Positions 18,181 through 27,756 of a stretch of 64,000 nucleotides of DNA are shown here, piece after piece. A program made the translations under genes and the position numbers. The DNA lies in the NCBI GenBank assembly GCA_049840695.1, contig JASGJV010000005.1, positions 34,129 to 98,128 of the forward strand, read 5' to 3'. The notes under the pieces were generated by a model, which saw only the letters and a program-made list of their open reading frames with translations, ran no database searches and was not told the origin of the DNA. Within the stretch, counting starts at the first letter, position 1; every line of letters starts with the position of its first letter. Source of the stretch: Nitrospira sp. Its GTDB lineage: Bacteria > Nitrospirota > Nitrospiria > Nitrospirales > Nitrospiraceae.

Positions 18181-19035
18181 ATGTTTGGCACGATGGGATT
18201 CTCCGAACTGATTATCATCCTAGTTATCGTCTTGATTATTTTTGGTGCCGGCAAGCTTCCGCAAATCGGGGAGGGCGTGGGCAAGGCCCTACGAGGCTTT
18301 AAGAAGGAAGTAAATGATATCCCCGCTGCCGACGTCACTCCCGAACAGGGTGAAGCCTCAACGGCGGTGTCTCAGGCTCAGATACCGCCGGCTGCTGAGA
18401 CTGCCCAGGAAGCTGCCCCGGCGCCGACGGCTCAGGCCGCTCCCAGTCTCAAAGCCAGCGCTCCCTATACGCCTGGTCCGGAGTTAACACCTGGGACGAC
18501 AGCTGCTTTAATGGCTGCCGCTGCGCCTCAGGGGCCGCAAACCGCCCAGCCCTCTAAGCCCAGGGTCGCTACGGTCGCGCCAACTCAGGCTGCCCCCGGG
18601 TCGGCAGTGGCACAGGGTCATCAACCTCCTTCCATGGAAGATCGTATGGCGGCCCCGGCTCCGGTGATGCGGGGACAGTATCCCCCTCTTCCTGCTTCGG
18701 CTCAAAGTAAGCCGGTGGCCAAGCGTCCTTCTGCTATTGTGAACAAAGATGCGGTGGCTCGTGTACAGGCTGCGCAAGCTGCCCTACGCGCAAAAGCCGC
18801 CCAGCCTCAGCCGGCAGCCTTTTCTCCGCAAGACATGCAGGGTCTTGGTGAGGGGCTGGGTGACGCCGTGCGGACTTTCCGACAGGCCGTCGCTGATGTG
18901 CGGAGCTCGGTCGATCCTCAGATGCGGACCATTCGAGCAGAAATGGATTCCGCCCAAAAGGAACTGGAACAGTCGATCGAAGCAGCCAAGCAAGCGCCCG
19001 TTCTGGACGAAGACACTCCTGCCAAGCCACTCTAA
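18181..19035 (+). CDS. tatA: Extended twin-arginine translocase TatA/TatB-family protein
   Basis: MFGTMGFSELIIILVIVLIIFGAGKLPQIGEGVGKALRGFKK is canonical TatA; then a long Pro/Ala linker and a second amphipathic-helix-like segment. Confidence 0.85.
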   Translation: MFGTMGFSELIIILVIVLIIFGAGKLPQIGEGVGKALRGFKKEVNDIPAADVTPEQGEASTAVSQAQIPPAAETAQEAAPAPTAQAAPSLKASAPYTPGPELTPGTTAALMAAAAPQGPQTAQPSKPRVATVAPTQAAPGSAVAQGHQPPSMEDRMAAPAPVMRGQYPPLPASAQSKPVAKRPSAIVNKDAVARVQAAQAALRAKAAQPQPAAFSPQDMQGLGEGLGDAVRTFRQAVADVRSSVDPQMRTIRAEMDSAQKELEQSIEAAKQAPVLDEDTPAKPL

Positions 19036-19213
19036 TTGCGGGGTTTTTGCTGGCTCTACCTTGGACCGCGAGCTGGCTGTCTTGCGCCAATCCGATGTCT
19101 TCGGGAGTGCCTCATTGTGACGACCCGACCCAAGCACTTAGGCGAAGAAAACTATCACCCGACTCCTACTCCATCCTTCTCATACATCATGAACTCGTCA
19201 TCATAACGCCGAC

Positions 19214-20023
19214 ATGAATCCCGAATCCTTCCCGCGTAACGCGTCATCCCTCGCATTATTCTTGCCGCTGATAGTCTCCTTAACATTGTCCGGTTGCTAT
19301 GTGGAAGTCTCGCCAGAGACTCCGGTGGTCGTTTCCGTGAGGCTGAGTGAATTACTTGCTGATCCAGACCCGGAGGTGCGGCGTACGGCCGCAGAAGGGT
19401 TGGGAAAGATCGGCCACCAATCTGCAAGCTCGGGCCTTGTTGCTGCATTGGCCGATCGAGATCCCAACGTTCGCGCTGCTGCAGCACTTGCCTTGGGGCG
19501 AGTAAGTGATGGAAAGAGCGGGGAGGCGCTTGTGCAACATTTATCGGATTCGTCCGAGCCTGTTAGGGTGGCAGCGGCTTTGGCACTCGGCGAAATTGAG
19601 CCTTCCGCTGGCCGTGAGGAGCAGATTCTTCACGCACTCCAGCGTCCGGATGTTTTGACCCGGCTTGCTGCCAGTCGAGCCCTCCTCAGTTTGGAGGCGG
19701 TTTCATTCTCAGCCGATCTCGTGTCGGCTCTGAAAGATCCCAATGCGCAGGTGCGTCAAGGGATTGCAGCCGTCCTCGGTGAGACGGGGGACGTAAGATC
19801 TCTACCAACTCTAGTGAAGCTTTTACAAAACGATGCTGACGCGGGAGTGCGCGCTGAAGCTGCGTTTCGGCTGGGAAAAGTGGGAGATGCCGGTGTGGTT
19901 ACTGCCCTGTCCGCGGTAGCCGAGAAGGATGCGAATCCGACGGTTCAAGAGTGGGCGCATTGGGCTGTTCGGCAGATTACGACATCGCCCGGCTCCGGTT
20001 CAGGGAGTCAACAAGGTCAATGA
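19214..20023 (+). CDS. HEAT-repeat lipoprotein
   Basis: Lipobox LSGC; repeated L.D.DP.VR..AA.ALG units. Confidence 0.88.
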   Translation: MNPESFPRNASSLALFLPLIVSLTLSGCYVEVSPETPVVVSVRLSELLADPDPEVRRTAAEGLGKIGHQSASSGLVAALADRDPNVRAAAALALGRVSDGKSGEALVQHLSDSSEPVRVAAALALGEIEPSAGREEQILHALQRPDVLTRLAASRALLSLEAVSFSADLVSALKDPNAQVRQGIAAVLGETGDVRSLPTLVKLLQNDADAGVRAEAAFRLGKVGDAGVVTALSAVAEKDANPTVQEWAHWAVRQITTSPGSGSGSQQGQ

Positions 20024-20495
20024 GGCGTGTTTGAGCCTCCGGATCAATGTCAGTAAATTGAATGCCCATCCCTGGAAAGAGTAGGTATCGCTCTGGCTTT
20101 GACCGCGTCCATGCCACTTTTGCACGGGTGGCAAATTTCTGGTTCGGTCGGTCTGGTAAAGCAAATTCCACGGTCAGTTCTGTGCCCGGTGCCAAAGGTG
20201 TGCTGCTCTCGATAAACAATCCCCCTCCGCCGATCCCGCCAGTCAGGCTGTCAAAATGCTTCCCATCCTCCATGGTGCAATGGACTTTGATCGCAAGGGG
20301 AGCGCGTGAATGCGATCGACTATGTGCAAAGCGCGCATCTTCATCCAGAGCGAGCATATGCTCGATGAGGGTTCCCCAGCTCAGGATACCGAGCTGTCGC
20401 CCCTTGTGATCAAACAAAGACACTGTTTCCTGATCGCAATCAATACCGAGCGTTTTGCCATGGTGCTCGCGGGTGACAGTGACGGGGAATTTCAT
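19977..20495 (-). CDS. PilZ-domain protein (paralog 2)
   Basis: RSHSR...GGGGLFIES..PLAPGTELTVEFALP...KVAW...PGMGIQFTDI. Confidence 0.85.
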   Translation of the reverse strand: MKFPVTVTREHHGKTLGIDCDQETVSLFDHKGRQLGILSWGTLIEHMLALDEDARFAHSRSHSRAPLAIKVHCTMEDGKHFDSLTGGIGGGGLFIESSTPLAPGTELTVEFALPDRPNQKFATRAKVAWTRSKPERYLLFPGMGIQFTDIDPEAQTRLIDLVDSLNRSRAMS

Positions 20496-20560
20496 CGTGA
20501 GATCTCGGACGGTCCGCAGTGATTTGATCTGCAACGAATGGGAAACGTTCGTCAAGAATG

Positions 20561-21085
20561 TTAGTGGGAGTCGCTCGACGGAATGCCTTTTACCGAATGG
20601 ACCAGATTCAGGACCCGACTTCGTATCTCTGATGCGATGTCCGTGAAACGTACGCCCATTCCCGGGCTAAATGTATATTGGTCTGCTTTGGGGCAGACCC
20701 AAGCGATCACTCCCTTTGCCGACATCCACTCGCTGGGATCTTCTGGTAGCGTGAATTCCATGGCAAGTTTAGTTCCGACTGCCAATGGTGCAAGGCTCTC
20801 GATAAATAGTCCGCCTCCGCCAATTCCTCCCGCTCGGCTCTCGAACTGCATGCCATCGGGAGTGTGATACCTGACGCGGATGGAAAGCGAAATCCGCGGT
20901 TCAGAACGGGCTTCACGGGATTGCTGAGGTTTTCGATAGGTGAGTATCTGATCGACGAGAAAATCCCACGCGAGGCTTCCCATGGGCTCTCCGTTGATGC
21001 CGAGCAACGTGATCGACTCCTTGGAGGAATCAATTTCAAGCGTCTTGCCCTTGTGCCTTGAGCTGGATACGACGGGGAATTTCAC
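20561..21085 (-). CDS. PilZ-domain protein (paralog 1)
   Basis: RSEPR...GGGGLFIES..PLAVGTKLAMEFTLP...VIAW...PGMGVRFTDI; GTG start aligns with the paralog's MKFPV. Confidence 0.85.
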   Translation of the reverse strand: MKFPVVSSSRHKGKTLEIDSSKESITLLGINGEPMGSLAWDFLVDQILTYRKPQQSREARSEPRISLSIRVRYHTPDGMQFESRAGGIGGGGLFIESLAPLAVGTKLAMEFTLPEDPSEWMSAKGVIAWVCPKADQYTFSPGMGVRFTDIASEIRSRVLNLVHSVKGIPSSDSH

Positions 21086-21230
21086 GGGTCGCCCTTTAGA
21101 AACCCAAAATGTTCGCAAAAAGACATCTGATGCAAGTATAGCCTATCGTTCGAACTTGTCGATAAAAACCTGCGATTTGAGGCGTTTGGCGAGGGAGAGG
21201 TCGGTGCTGTACTGTGAAGGGGTATGCAAG

Positions 21231-21252
21231 AGAGGGGGCCGACGCCCCCTCT
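21231..21252 (-). terminator. GC-rich hairpin downstream of clpX (possible terminator)
   Basis: AGAGGGGGC-CGAC-GCCCCCTCT 9-bp stem 40 bp after the stop; U-tract weak. Confidence 0.45.
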
Positions 21253-21292
21253 GTTGCTGAAAAGCACTTACTAGGTGAATAGTCTTGAAGGG

Positions 21293-22549
21293 CTAGGCGC
21301 TTTTTACGTCTTTGTCCTGCTCAAAAATTCGAATGGGAGCATGTTTTCCGCTGATGGCATCCTCGGTGATCACGACTTCCTTGATCTGTTTCTGCGAAGG
21401 GGCGTCGTACATCACATCAAGCATAGCCTCCTCGAGGATTGCACGTAACCCACGGGCACCGGTCTTTTGGGTAAAGGCTTTCCGGGCCACAGCACTTAAC
21501 GCGCCTTCAGTGAACCGGAGCTTCACTTTTTCGAAGGACAGCAGTTTCTCATACTGCTTGGTCAGCGCATTTCTGGGTTCGGTGAGAATTCGAATGAGCG
21601 CTTGTTCGTCGAGTTCATCGAGCGTAGCGACGACGGGCAACCGGCCAATAAATTCGGGGATCAAACCATATTTCAGCAGATCTTCCGGCTGGACATGGGG
21701 CAGCAGTTCGCCCAATCGAATATCATTGCGGCCTCGGACTTCGGCTCCGAACCCCATCGATTTCCTGTTCAGACGCTGTTCAATAATATGTTCGAGCCCG
21801 ACAAATGCCCCGCCGCAGATGAACAGAATATTGGAAGTATTGACCTGAATGAATTCTTGATGAGGATGTTTCCGGCCGCCTTGAGGAGGGACGTTCGCGA
21901 CCGTTCCTTCGATGAGCTTCAGCAGAGCCTGTTGAACACCCTCGCCCGAAACGTCTCGCGTGATCGACGGACTGTCACTTTTCCTGCTGATCTTGTCGAT
22001 TTCGTCGATATACACAATTCCGCGCTCGGCGCGTTCGACGTCGTAATCGGCAGCCTGGAGCAATTTGAGAATGATATTTTCTACGTCTTCTCCGACATAG
22101 CCTGCTTCCGTGAGTGTCGTAGCGTCAGCGAGAGTGAAGGGAACATCAAGAAATTTGGCCAAAGTCTGAGCCAGAAGGGTTTTCCCAGTTCCGGTCGGTC
22201 CGACGACCAGAATGTTTCCTTTTTGGAGTTCAACGTCGTCGACGTCTTTGTCCTTCGCCGAGATACGTTTGTAGTGATTGTGTACGGCGACTGAGAGGAT
22301 GCGTTTCGCGCGATCCTGGCCGACGACATACTGATCGAGATGATGTTTGATCTCGGCTGGCTTCTTCAGCTTTGAAGAGATTTCCTCTTTCGCTTCTTCC
22401 CAATCCTCGGCAATGATGTCATTGCAGAGGTTTACGCATTCGTCGCAGATGTAGACGGTAGGACCGGCGATGAGTTTGCGCACTTCGTCCCGGCTTTTCC
22501 CGCAGAACGAGCAACGCAGGTGCCGATCAATCTTTTCCTGTTTAGCCAT
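21293..22549 (-). CDS. clpX: ATP-dependent Clp protease ATP-binding subunit
   Basis: CSFCGKS...ICDEC Zn domain; [11 protein letters not shown]; DEIDKI; [14 protein letters not shown]. Confidence 0.99.
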   Translation of the reverse strand: MAKQEKIDRHLRCSFCGKSRDEVRKLIAGPTVYICDECVNLCNDIIAEDWEEAKEEISSKLKKPAEIKHHLDQYVVGQDRAKRILSVAVHNHYKRISAKDKDVDDVELQKGNILVVGPTGTGKTLLAQTLAKFLDVPFTLADATTLTEAGYVGEDVENIILKLLQAADYDVERAERGIVYIDEIDKISRKSDSPSITRDVSGEGVQQALLKLIEGTVANVPPQGGRKHPHQEFIQVNTSNILFICGGAFVGLEHIIEQRLNRKSMGFGAEVRGRNDIRLGELLPHVQPEDLLKYGLIPEFIGRLPVVATLDELDEQALIRILTEPRNALTKQYEKLLSFEKVKLRFTEGALSAVARKAFTQKTGARGLRAILEEAMLDVMYDAPSQKQIKEVVITEDAISGKHAPIRIFEQDKDVKSA

Positions 22550-22575
22550 GCTGCCTCCTGTACACCAAAGGTCAA

Positions 22576-23211
22576 CTAGCTCTTGCCGCCATCCTTCCCT
22601 GAGTCCGTTGACCCAACGGGTTTAAGGCCCTTCAGGGGGCGTGTAATAACTTCATCAATCAGTCCGTAGCGTTTAGCTTCCTCACTGGACATAAAATAGT
22701 CCCGCTCTGTGTCCTGGGAAATTTTATCCAGCGGTTGTCCGGTATGTTTGGCCATGATTTCATTCAGGCGTTCACGAATCTTTAAGATTTCCCGGGCATG
22801 GATGTCGATCTCCGTTGCCTGCCCCTGGAATCCACCCATGGGTTGATGGATCATGACGCGGGCGTTGGGAAGAGCATAGCGCTTGCCTTTTGTCCCGGCG
22901 GTTAACAGAAACGCTCCCATGCTTGCTGCCTGCCCTAAGCAGATCGTATTAATAGAGGGTTTGACGTATTGCATGGTGTCATAGATGCCAAGCCCCGCCG
23001 TTACGCTTCCCCCGGGGGAATTGATGTACAGATTAATATCCTTCTCCGGGTCCTCTGCTTCCAGGAACAGGAGCTGGGCAATAATCAGGTTGGCAAAAAC
23101 GTCATCGATTGGAGCGCCGAGGAAGATGATACGGTCCTTGAGAAGTCGTGAATAAATGTCGTAGGCACGCTCGCCGCGGTTCGTTTGCTCAACAACAATC
23201 GGAACTAGCAT
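22576..23211 (-). CDS. clpP: ATP-dependent Clp protease proteolytic subunit
   Basis: [33 protein letters not shown]. Confidence 0.99.
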   Translation of the reverse strand: MLVPIVVEQTNRGERAYDIYSRLLKDRIIFLGAPIDDVFANLIIAQLLFLEAEDPEKDINLYINSPGGSVTAGLGIYDTMQYVKPSINTICLGQAASMGAFLLTAGTKGKRYALPNARVMIHQPMGGFQGQATEIDIHAREILKIRERLNEIMAKHTGQPLDKISQDTERDYFMSSEEAKRYGLIDEVITRPLKGLKPVGSTDSGKDGGKS

Positions 23212-23335
23212 TCGGCCGAATCCTTTCCGCTAGAGGACAAACAGGTGGAAACTCCTCAGTTTACCATACTCATCTCGCCGGGATTTGGTATTGAGCGCCC
23301 GACCTTCAGGGTCTGTGACTCCGGCCTCGGAACTA

Positions 23336-24673
23336 TTAGCCCTGAATCATCGCGTGTTTGTATACAAAATCCAATGCTTTGTCAGCCAAGATCCTTGAAC
23401 GAAGGTCATTGAGCGTGTCTTGACCACCGGCCTGAATCATGCGGGTCACTTCCTCGACTGAGAGTTTCACTTCAGCAGCGAGCCGCTCGATCTCGTTGCT
23501 GAGATCCTCATTGGTCACCGTGATGTTTTCTTTCGTCGCCAGTGCTTCAAGAATGAGCCCAACCTTCACACGCCGTTCAGCTTCCGGACGATATTCTTCC
23601 TGCAACTGTTTGGCTTCGTCGGCTTGAGAGGCGCCGGGCGAAGCCTCTGCAGCGTCATGGCTCTTCCGTTGACGAGACTGCAATTGTTGACGAACCATCG
23701 CGGAGAGTTCTCGTTCTACTAGCGTTCCGGGAAGATCAAAATGGTGAGTTTCAGCCAGTCGCTTTAAAATCGTGTCTTTGTAGGAATCCTCAATGTCCTT
23801 CTTCAAGGCACGCTCCATTTCAGCGTGCAGCTTTTCTCGGATTTCCTGCAGAGACTGATACGGGCCGCAATCTTTCGCAAATTCGTCGTCGAGTGCTGGA
23901 AGTTGTTTGCGTTTTATCGACTTGACGGTGCAGCGGAAATTGACGGTTTTACCTGCCACTCGTGCATCGGGGTGTGTCGCCGGATAGGCCTGGGGAATGG
24001 TGATGACGTCACCTTCTTTCTTGCCAAGGAGGTGCGGTTCAATCTCGATTCCCAGGATGGAAGTGTGAGAACCCATTTTATGGAGATGTCCCGCCTTGGT
24101 GGTTCCATCAAGAGCAGTTCCGTCCATTGTGCCTTCAATGTCGACAACCGCATAGTCTCCATCGGCCAGAGTTGTTCCGGCTGGCGCGGGGTGCAACTGA
24201 GCCATCTGTTCGCGAAGAACTTCGAGCGCCTTTTGCACCTGTTCATCTGTGACTGTTCTTTGATCCTGTTTGAGAGAGATAGGATTCGGAGCTTTATAAT
24301 CGCGAAGATCAATCGTTGGCTTGATCTCAACGGTCGCCGTAAAGCTAAAGGGAGAGTCTTTTTTCACTTTAACCCGTTCCAACGGCGGTATCTCTACTAG
24401 AACCGGAACGATGCCCGCTTGCCGGATAGCTCGATCATAATAATCCGGAACAAGGCTGCGGATGACATCTTCTTCAATCGTTTTGGCATAGCGCTTCTCA
24501 AGCAGTTGGAGCGGGGCTTTTCCTGGACGGAAGCCGGGAATGCGAACTTGCCGATTCAATTCAGAGTAAGCCTGGACAAAACGCTGGTTTACTTCGTCTG
24601 CAGGAACTTCAATCTTGAGCGCTCGCTTCATGGGGCCGAGTTCGGTCATTTCCATCTTCATAAGGCTATTCAC
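23336..24673 (-). CDS. tig: Trigger factor
   Basis: IPGFRPGKAP ribosome-binding signature; LDDEFAK; canonical tig-clpP-clpX order. Confidence 0.96.
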   Translation of the reverse strand: MNSLMKMEMTELGPMKRALKIEVPADEVNQRFVQAYSELNRQVRIPGFRPGKAPLQLLEKRYAKTIEEDVIRSLVPDYYDRAIRQAGIVPVLVEIPPLERVKVKKDSPFSFTATVEIKPTIDLRDYKAPNPISLKQDQRTVTDEQVQKALEVLREQMAQLHPAPAGTTLADGDYAVVDIEGTMDGTALDGTTKAGHLHKMGSHTSILGIEIEPHLLGKKEGDVITIPQAYPATHPDARVAGKTVNFRCTVKSIKRKQLPALDDEFAKDCGPYQSLQEIREKLHAEMERALKKDIEDSYKDTILKRLAETHHFDLPGTLVERELSAMVRQQLQSRQRKSHDAAEASPGASQADEAKQLQEEYRPEAERRVKVGLILEALATKENITVTNEDLSNEIERLAAEVKLSVEEVTRMIQAGGQDTLNDLRSRILADKALDFVYKHAMIQG

Positions 24674-24721
24674 TTTCTCCGAGTCCGATAATGTTTGGTG
24701 CGTCAGACCAGGTCATAGAGG

Positions 24722-24804
24722 TGGTGCGAGAGGGGGGACTTGAACCCCCACGGTTACCCACGAGATCCTAAGTCTCGCGCGTCTGCCAGTTCCGCCACTC
24801 TCGC
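24722..24804 (-). tRNA. tRNA-Leu(TAG)
   Basis: Reverse complement GCGAGAGTGGCGGAACTGGCAGACGCG-CGAGA-CTTAGGA-TCTCG...GGTTCAAGTCCCCCCTCTCGCACCA. Confidence 0.97.
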
Positions 24805-25136
24805 GCGACGCTGGGTACTAGGCTGTTCACTGATGGTGCGTATGGAATGGCTACACATGTGTAAAGGCACGATGAATAATGACATTTTGTACCGTCGATC
24901 GTGTCTGCCTGTCAACCCATACGCTGGGGGGCCATGTGTTGATATGTCATTCTGAGGGGACCTTGTTTGGAGAATATATCGTATGAGGCGAGTCCTCTCT
25001 CCGGTTGTTCTATACTTCCATGAAGAGAGGTCTTTCTGGCACTGCCCTGTATAAGATAAGGAACGGTATAATGGACACGCAGGTCTGACTCGCTATGTCG
25101 CCATTCGAACGTTTTGCGAAAGAAAGGGGACACCAT

Positions 25137-26222
25137 ATGAAACGCCACTCTGTGACCACTGCAGTTGGGTGTCTCATTCTCTTGTGTGGCTTCCCGCTTT
25201 CGAGCGAGGCCTATCGAGACTATTTTACCGACGCACAAAAGAAAGAATTAGGAAAAATTCAGACCGTCTTGATCGAGGCATTGGCTCTAACAGACAAGGG
25301 CACTGGCAATGCCGGCGGAATCCTGGACGTGGTGATGAAGCGCATGGGCGAGTTGGGTTATGCAACGGTCTCTGATCCCCGCATGCCCCACGATGTCGTC
25401 GTCCGGGTCAAGTGCGAGCAACGGAAGACGTGGGAGGGCACGGCATCCGCGGGCGGAGACAATGATTTGCCCGATGCGCCGTCCCGCCTGTGGAAAGGTC
25501 CGGCATGTCAGATCACATACGCGTTGGGCGGTATGAAGGTTAAATGGCAGAAAGAGGTTCGGACGGAATTTGAAGATGCTGTCGAAGCCGCCCAGTCGGC
25601 CCAGGCACCAGACCCGGGGCTGTATGCGATGAATGCGCTCCATGACGCACTGGAGACATACGAGTTTCCTCTTCTCTTGACCGGAGAGTGGGGCCAGCCT
25701 GATCGCCTGCTCAAATTGCTGGATACTCCACAAACCAGCCAACTCAGGAAATTAAAAATTATTTCCCTGTTGGGGGAGATGGTTGCAGATGAAGCGTTGC
25801 CCCACCTCACCGAGGCCCTGAAGGACAAAGATCTCGCCAAGCAAGCCGCAGTCGCCTTGGGCAACATGGGGAAGGAGGGGATTCCTGTACTTATCGACAT
25901 TTTGAAGTATTCCAAGCAGCCCGAGTTGCAGGCAGCTGCGGCTAAAGGTCTTGGCGATCTGGGCAATATTCATAGTGACTCCAGAGTAGTTCCGCCTTTA
26001 CTCGACATGCTCGATTCGCCCGGCATCGACATAGTGGTGCAAACGGAGATTGCCTGGGCACTGGGGCGGGTGCCGGATCGGCGGTCGGTTGAACCTTTAT
26101 TCGCTCTCGACCGGAAGCTTCAAAAAATCCGGAAGGATCCTCCCGATCCGCAGATTAAGAAATTAAAGGAGGCGGTCTTCTGGTCAATCAAGCAGGTATA
26201 TACCGAAGACCAGTACAGTTAG
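25137..26222 (+). CDS. Exported HEAT-repeat protein
   Basis: Signal peptide ending SSEA; C-terminal HEAT units (AAVALG, AAKGLG, IAWALG); RBS AGGGG. Confidence 0.82.
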   Translation: MKRHSVTTAVGCLILLCGFPLSSEAYRDYFTDAQKKELGKIQTVLIEALALTDKGTGNAGGILDVVMKRMGELGYATVSDPRMPHDVVVRVKCEQRKTWEGTASAGGDNDLPDAPSRLWKGPACQITYALGGMKVKWQKEVRTEFEDAVEAAQSAQAPDPGLYAMNALHDALETYEFPLLLTGEWGQPDRLLKLLDTPQTSQLRKLKIISLLGEMVADEALPHLTEALKDKDLAKQAAVALGNMGKEGIPVLIDILKYSKQPELQAAAAKGLGDLGNIHSDSRVVPPLLDMLDSPGIDIVVQTEIAWALGRVPDRRSVEPLFALDRKLQKIRKDPPDPQIKKLKEAVFWSIKQVYTEDQYS

Positions 26223-26494
26223 TAGGCAATCAGGTATCCTAACGCCGCAACATCTTCGCATTCTATAAATACATGGCCCCTCCGCGAAGTGCCCTGCCTG
26301 CTCTACCTGGCGTTCAAGAGGGGTGTGGTGCGCGTATATTGTGGGTACAACAGTAAAAAATCGCCGCCAACTTCACGCTGTGGAAACCTCGGCGACTCTC
26401 CTAAGAGAGTCGAGGCTGGGTCGGGGAGCTTGTGTAAGAAAGGCGCATTAGATGTGCCGGGAACATGTCTAGGACAACAGAGAGGGATAAGACG

Positions 26495-27736
26495 ATGCGT
26501 GATATCTCCCGACGACGATTTCTGCAAATTTCTGCTATGAGTGGTGGCGCGCTGCTTTGGGGAGATTTCGCGGGGCGGATGCTTGATATACCCCTTGCAC
26601 GATCAGCGGCGTTTGCGGCAGAGCCGCTCAAAATCGGCATTCTGGACCCGCTATCGAGCCCCTATAAGACCTCTTCGATCCATGATGTGCATGGGGCGAA
26701 CGTCGCGGTCGATCTCTTCAATAAGCGCGGCGGGGTATTGGGGCGGCCGGTGACAATCCTGGAGGCGGATGATGCCTCCGATCCTGAGACAGCCCTGAAG
26801 GCCGCGACCAAGTTCGTGCAGGAGGATCGTGTGGATGTCTTGATGGGGACATTCAACGCTGAGTGCGCACTCGTTGTATCTGAGTTTGCCAAGAAGGCGA
26901 ACAAGCTGTTCATGGTCACGGGTGCACATTTGCCTGAATTGACAGGGGCCGCATGTAATTCACACACCTTCGTCTTTATGCCCAATGCCTCCATGTTGGC
27001 GCAGGCCGTTGTTCCCCAACTGGTGAAAACCTATGGGACCCGTTGGTACATGATTACGACGAGCTCTTTGGATGGAAAGGCGATGGCTCAGGCGATGGCA
27101 TCTACCGGACTTGCCCATGGGGTGGAATTTGTGGGCGAAACGCTGATGCCCTTCGGTTCGACGGATTTCAGTCCGGCACTCACAACAGCCAAGGACAAGC
27201 GCCCCACGCTGGTGCTCTTGAATCTTTATGGATGGGATTTAGTACACGCCCTCAAAGCCTACACCAAGCTGGATTTAGCCAAGGAGAGAATCGGTGTCGG
27301 CGGGATGATCGCCGGCGAGCAAATTGGCCGTCCTCTCGGCTACGCGAACAACTCCGGTATTTGGGGCCTGATCTGGGACCCCAAAGTGAATACCGAGGGA
27401 TCTAGACGATTTATCCAGGGCGTCGTCGAGAAATACAGTCATACTCCGACATCACGTTGTTACCTGGGGTACGCTGCCATGACTCAGATTCTGGAAGCGA
27501 TCCAACGGGCTGGCACAACCGAAGCGTCCGCGCTCATCAAGGCATTGGAAGGACATGAGTTTGATGGTCTGAAAGAAGGGCGATCGTTCTTCCGGACCTC
27601 GGACCACCAACATGTGCAGGATGTGTTGGTCGGAGAGGCGTACGGCAAGGAACTAGGACTGGGACACTACAAGATCCTAGCCACTGTTGCCGGCGAGTCT
27701 GTTGCCGCAGTGCAATCGGGTACCTGCCAGTTGTAA
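26495..27736 (+). CDS. Tat-exported branched-chain amino acid/amide ABC-type substrate-binding protein
   Basis: SRRRFLQ twin-arginine signal; PLKIGILDPLS, NKRGGVLGRPV, DFSPAL (LivJ-like fold). Confidence 0.88.
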   Translation: MRDISRRRFLQISAMSGGALLWGDFAGRMLDIPLARSAAFAAEPLKIGILDPLSSPYKTSSIHDVHGANVAVDLFNKRGGVLGRPVTILEADDASDPETALKAATKFVQEDRVDVLMGTFNAECALVVSEFAKKANKLFMVTGAHLPELTGAACNSHTFVFMPNASMLAQAVVPQLVKTYGTRWYMITTSSLDGKAMAQAMASTGLAHGVEFVGETLMPFGSTDFSPALTTAKDKRPTLVLLNLYGWDLVHALKAYTKLDLAKERIGVGGMIAGEQIGRPLGYANNSGIWGLIWDPKVNTEGSRRFIQGVVEKYSHTPTSRCYLGYAAMTQILEAIQRAGTTEASALIKALEGHEFDGLKEGRSFFRTSDHQHVQDVLVGEAYGKELGLGHYKILATVAGESVAAVQSGTCQL

Positions 27737-27756
27737 GCTGAGCCTGAGGGTTGGCC

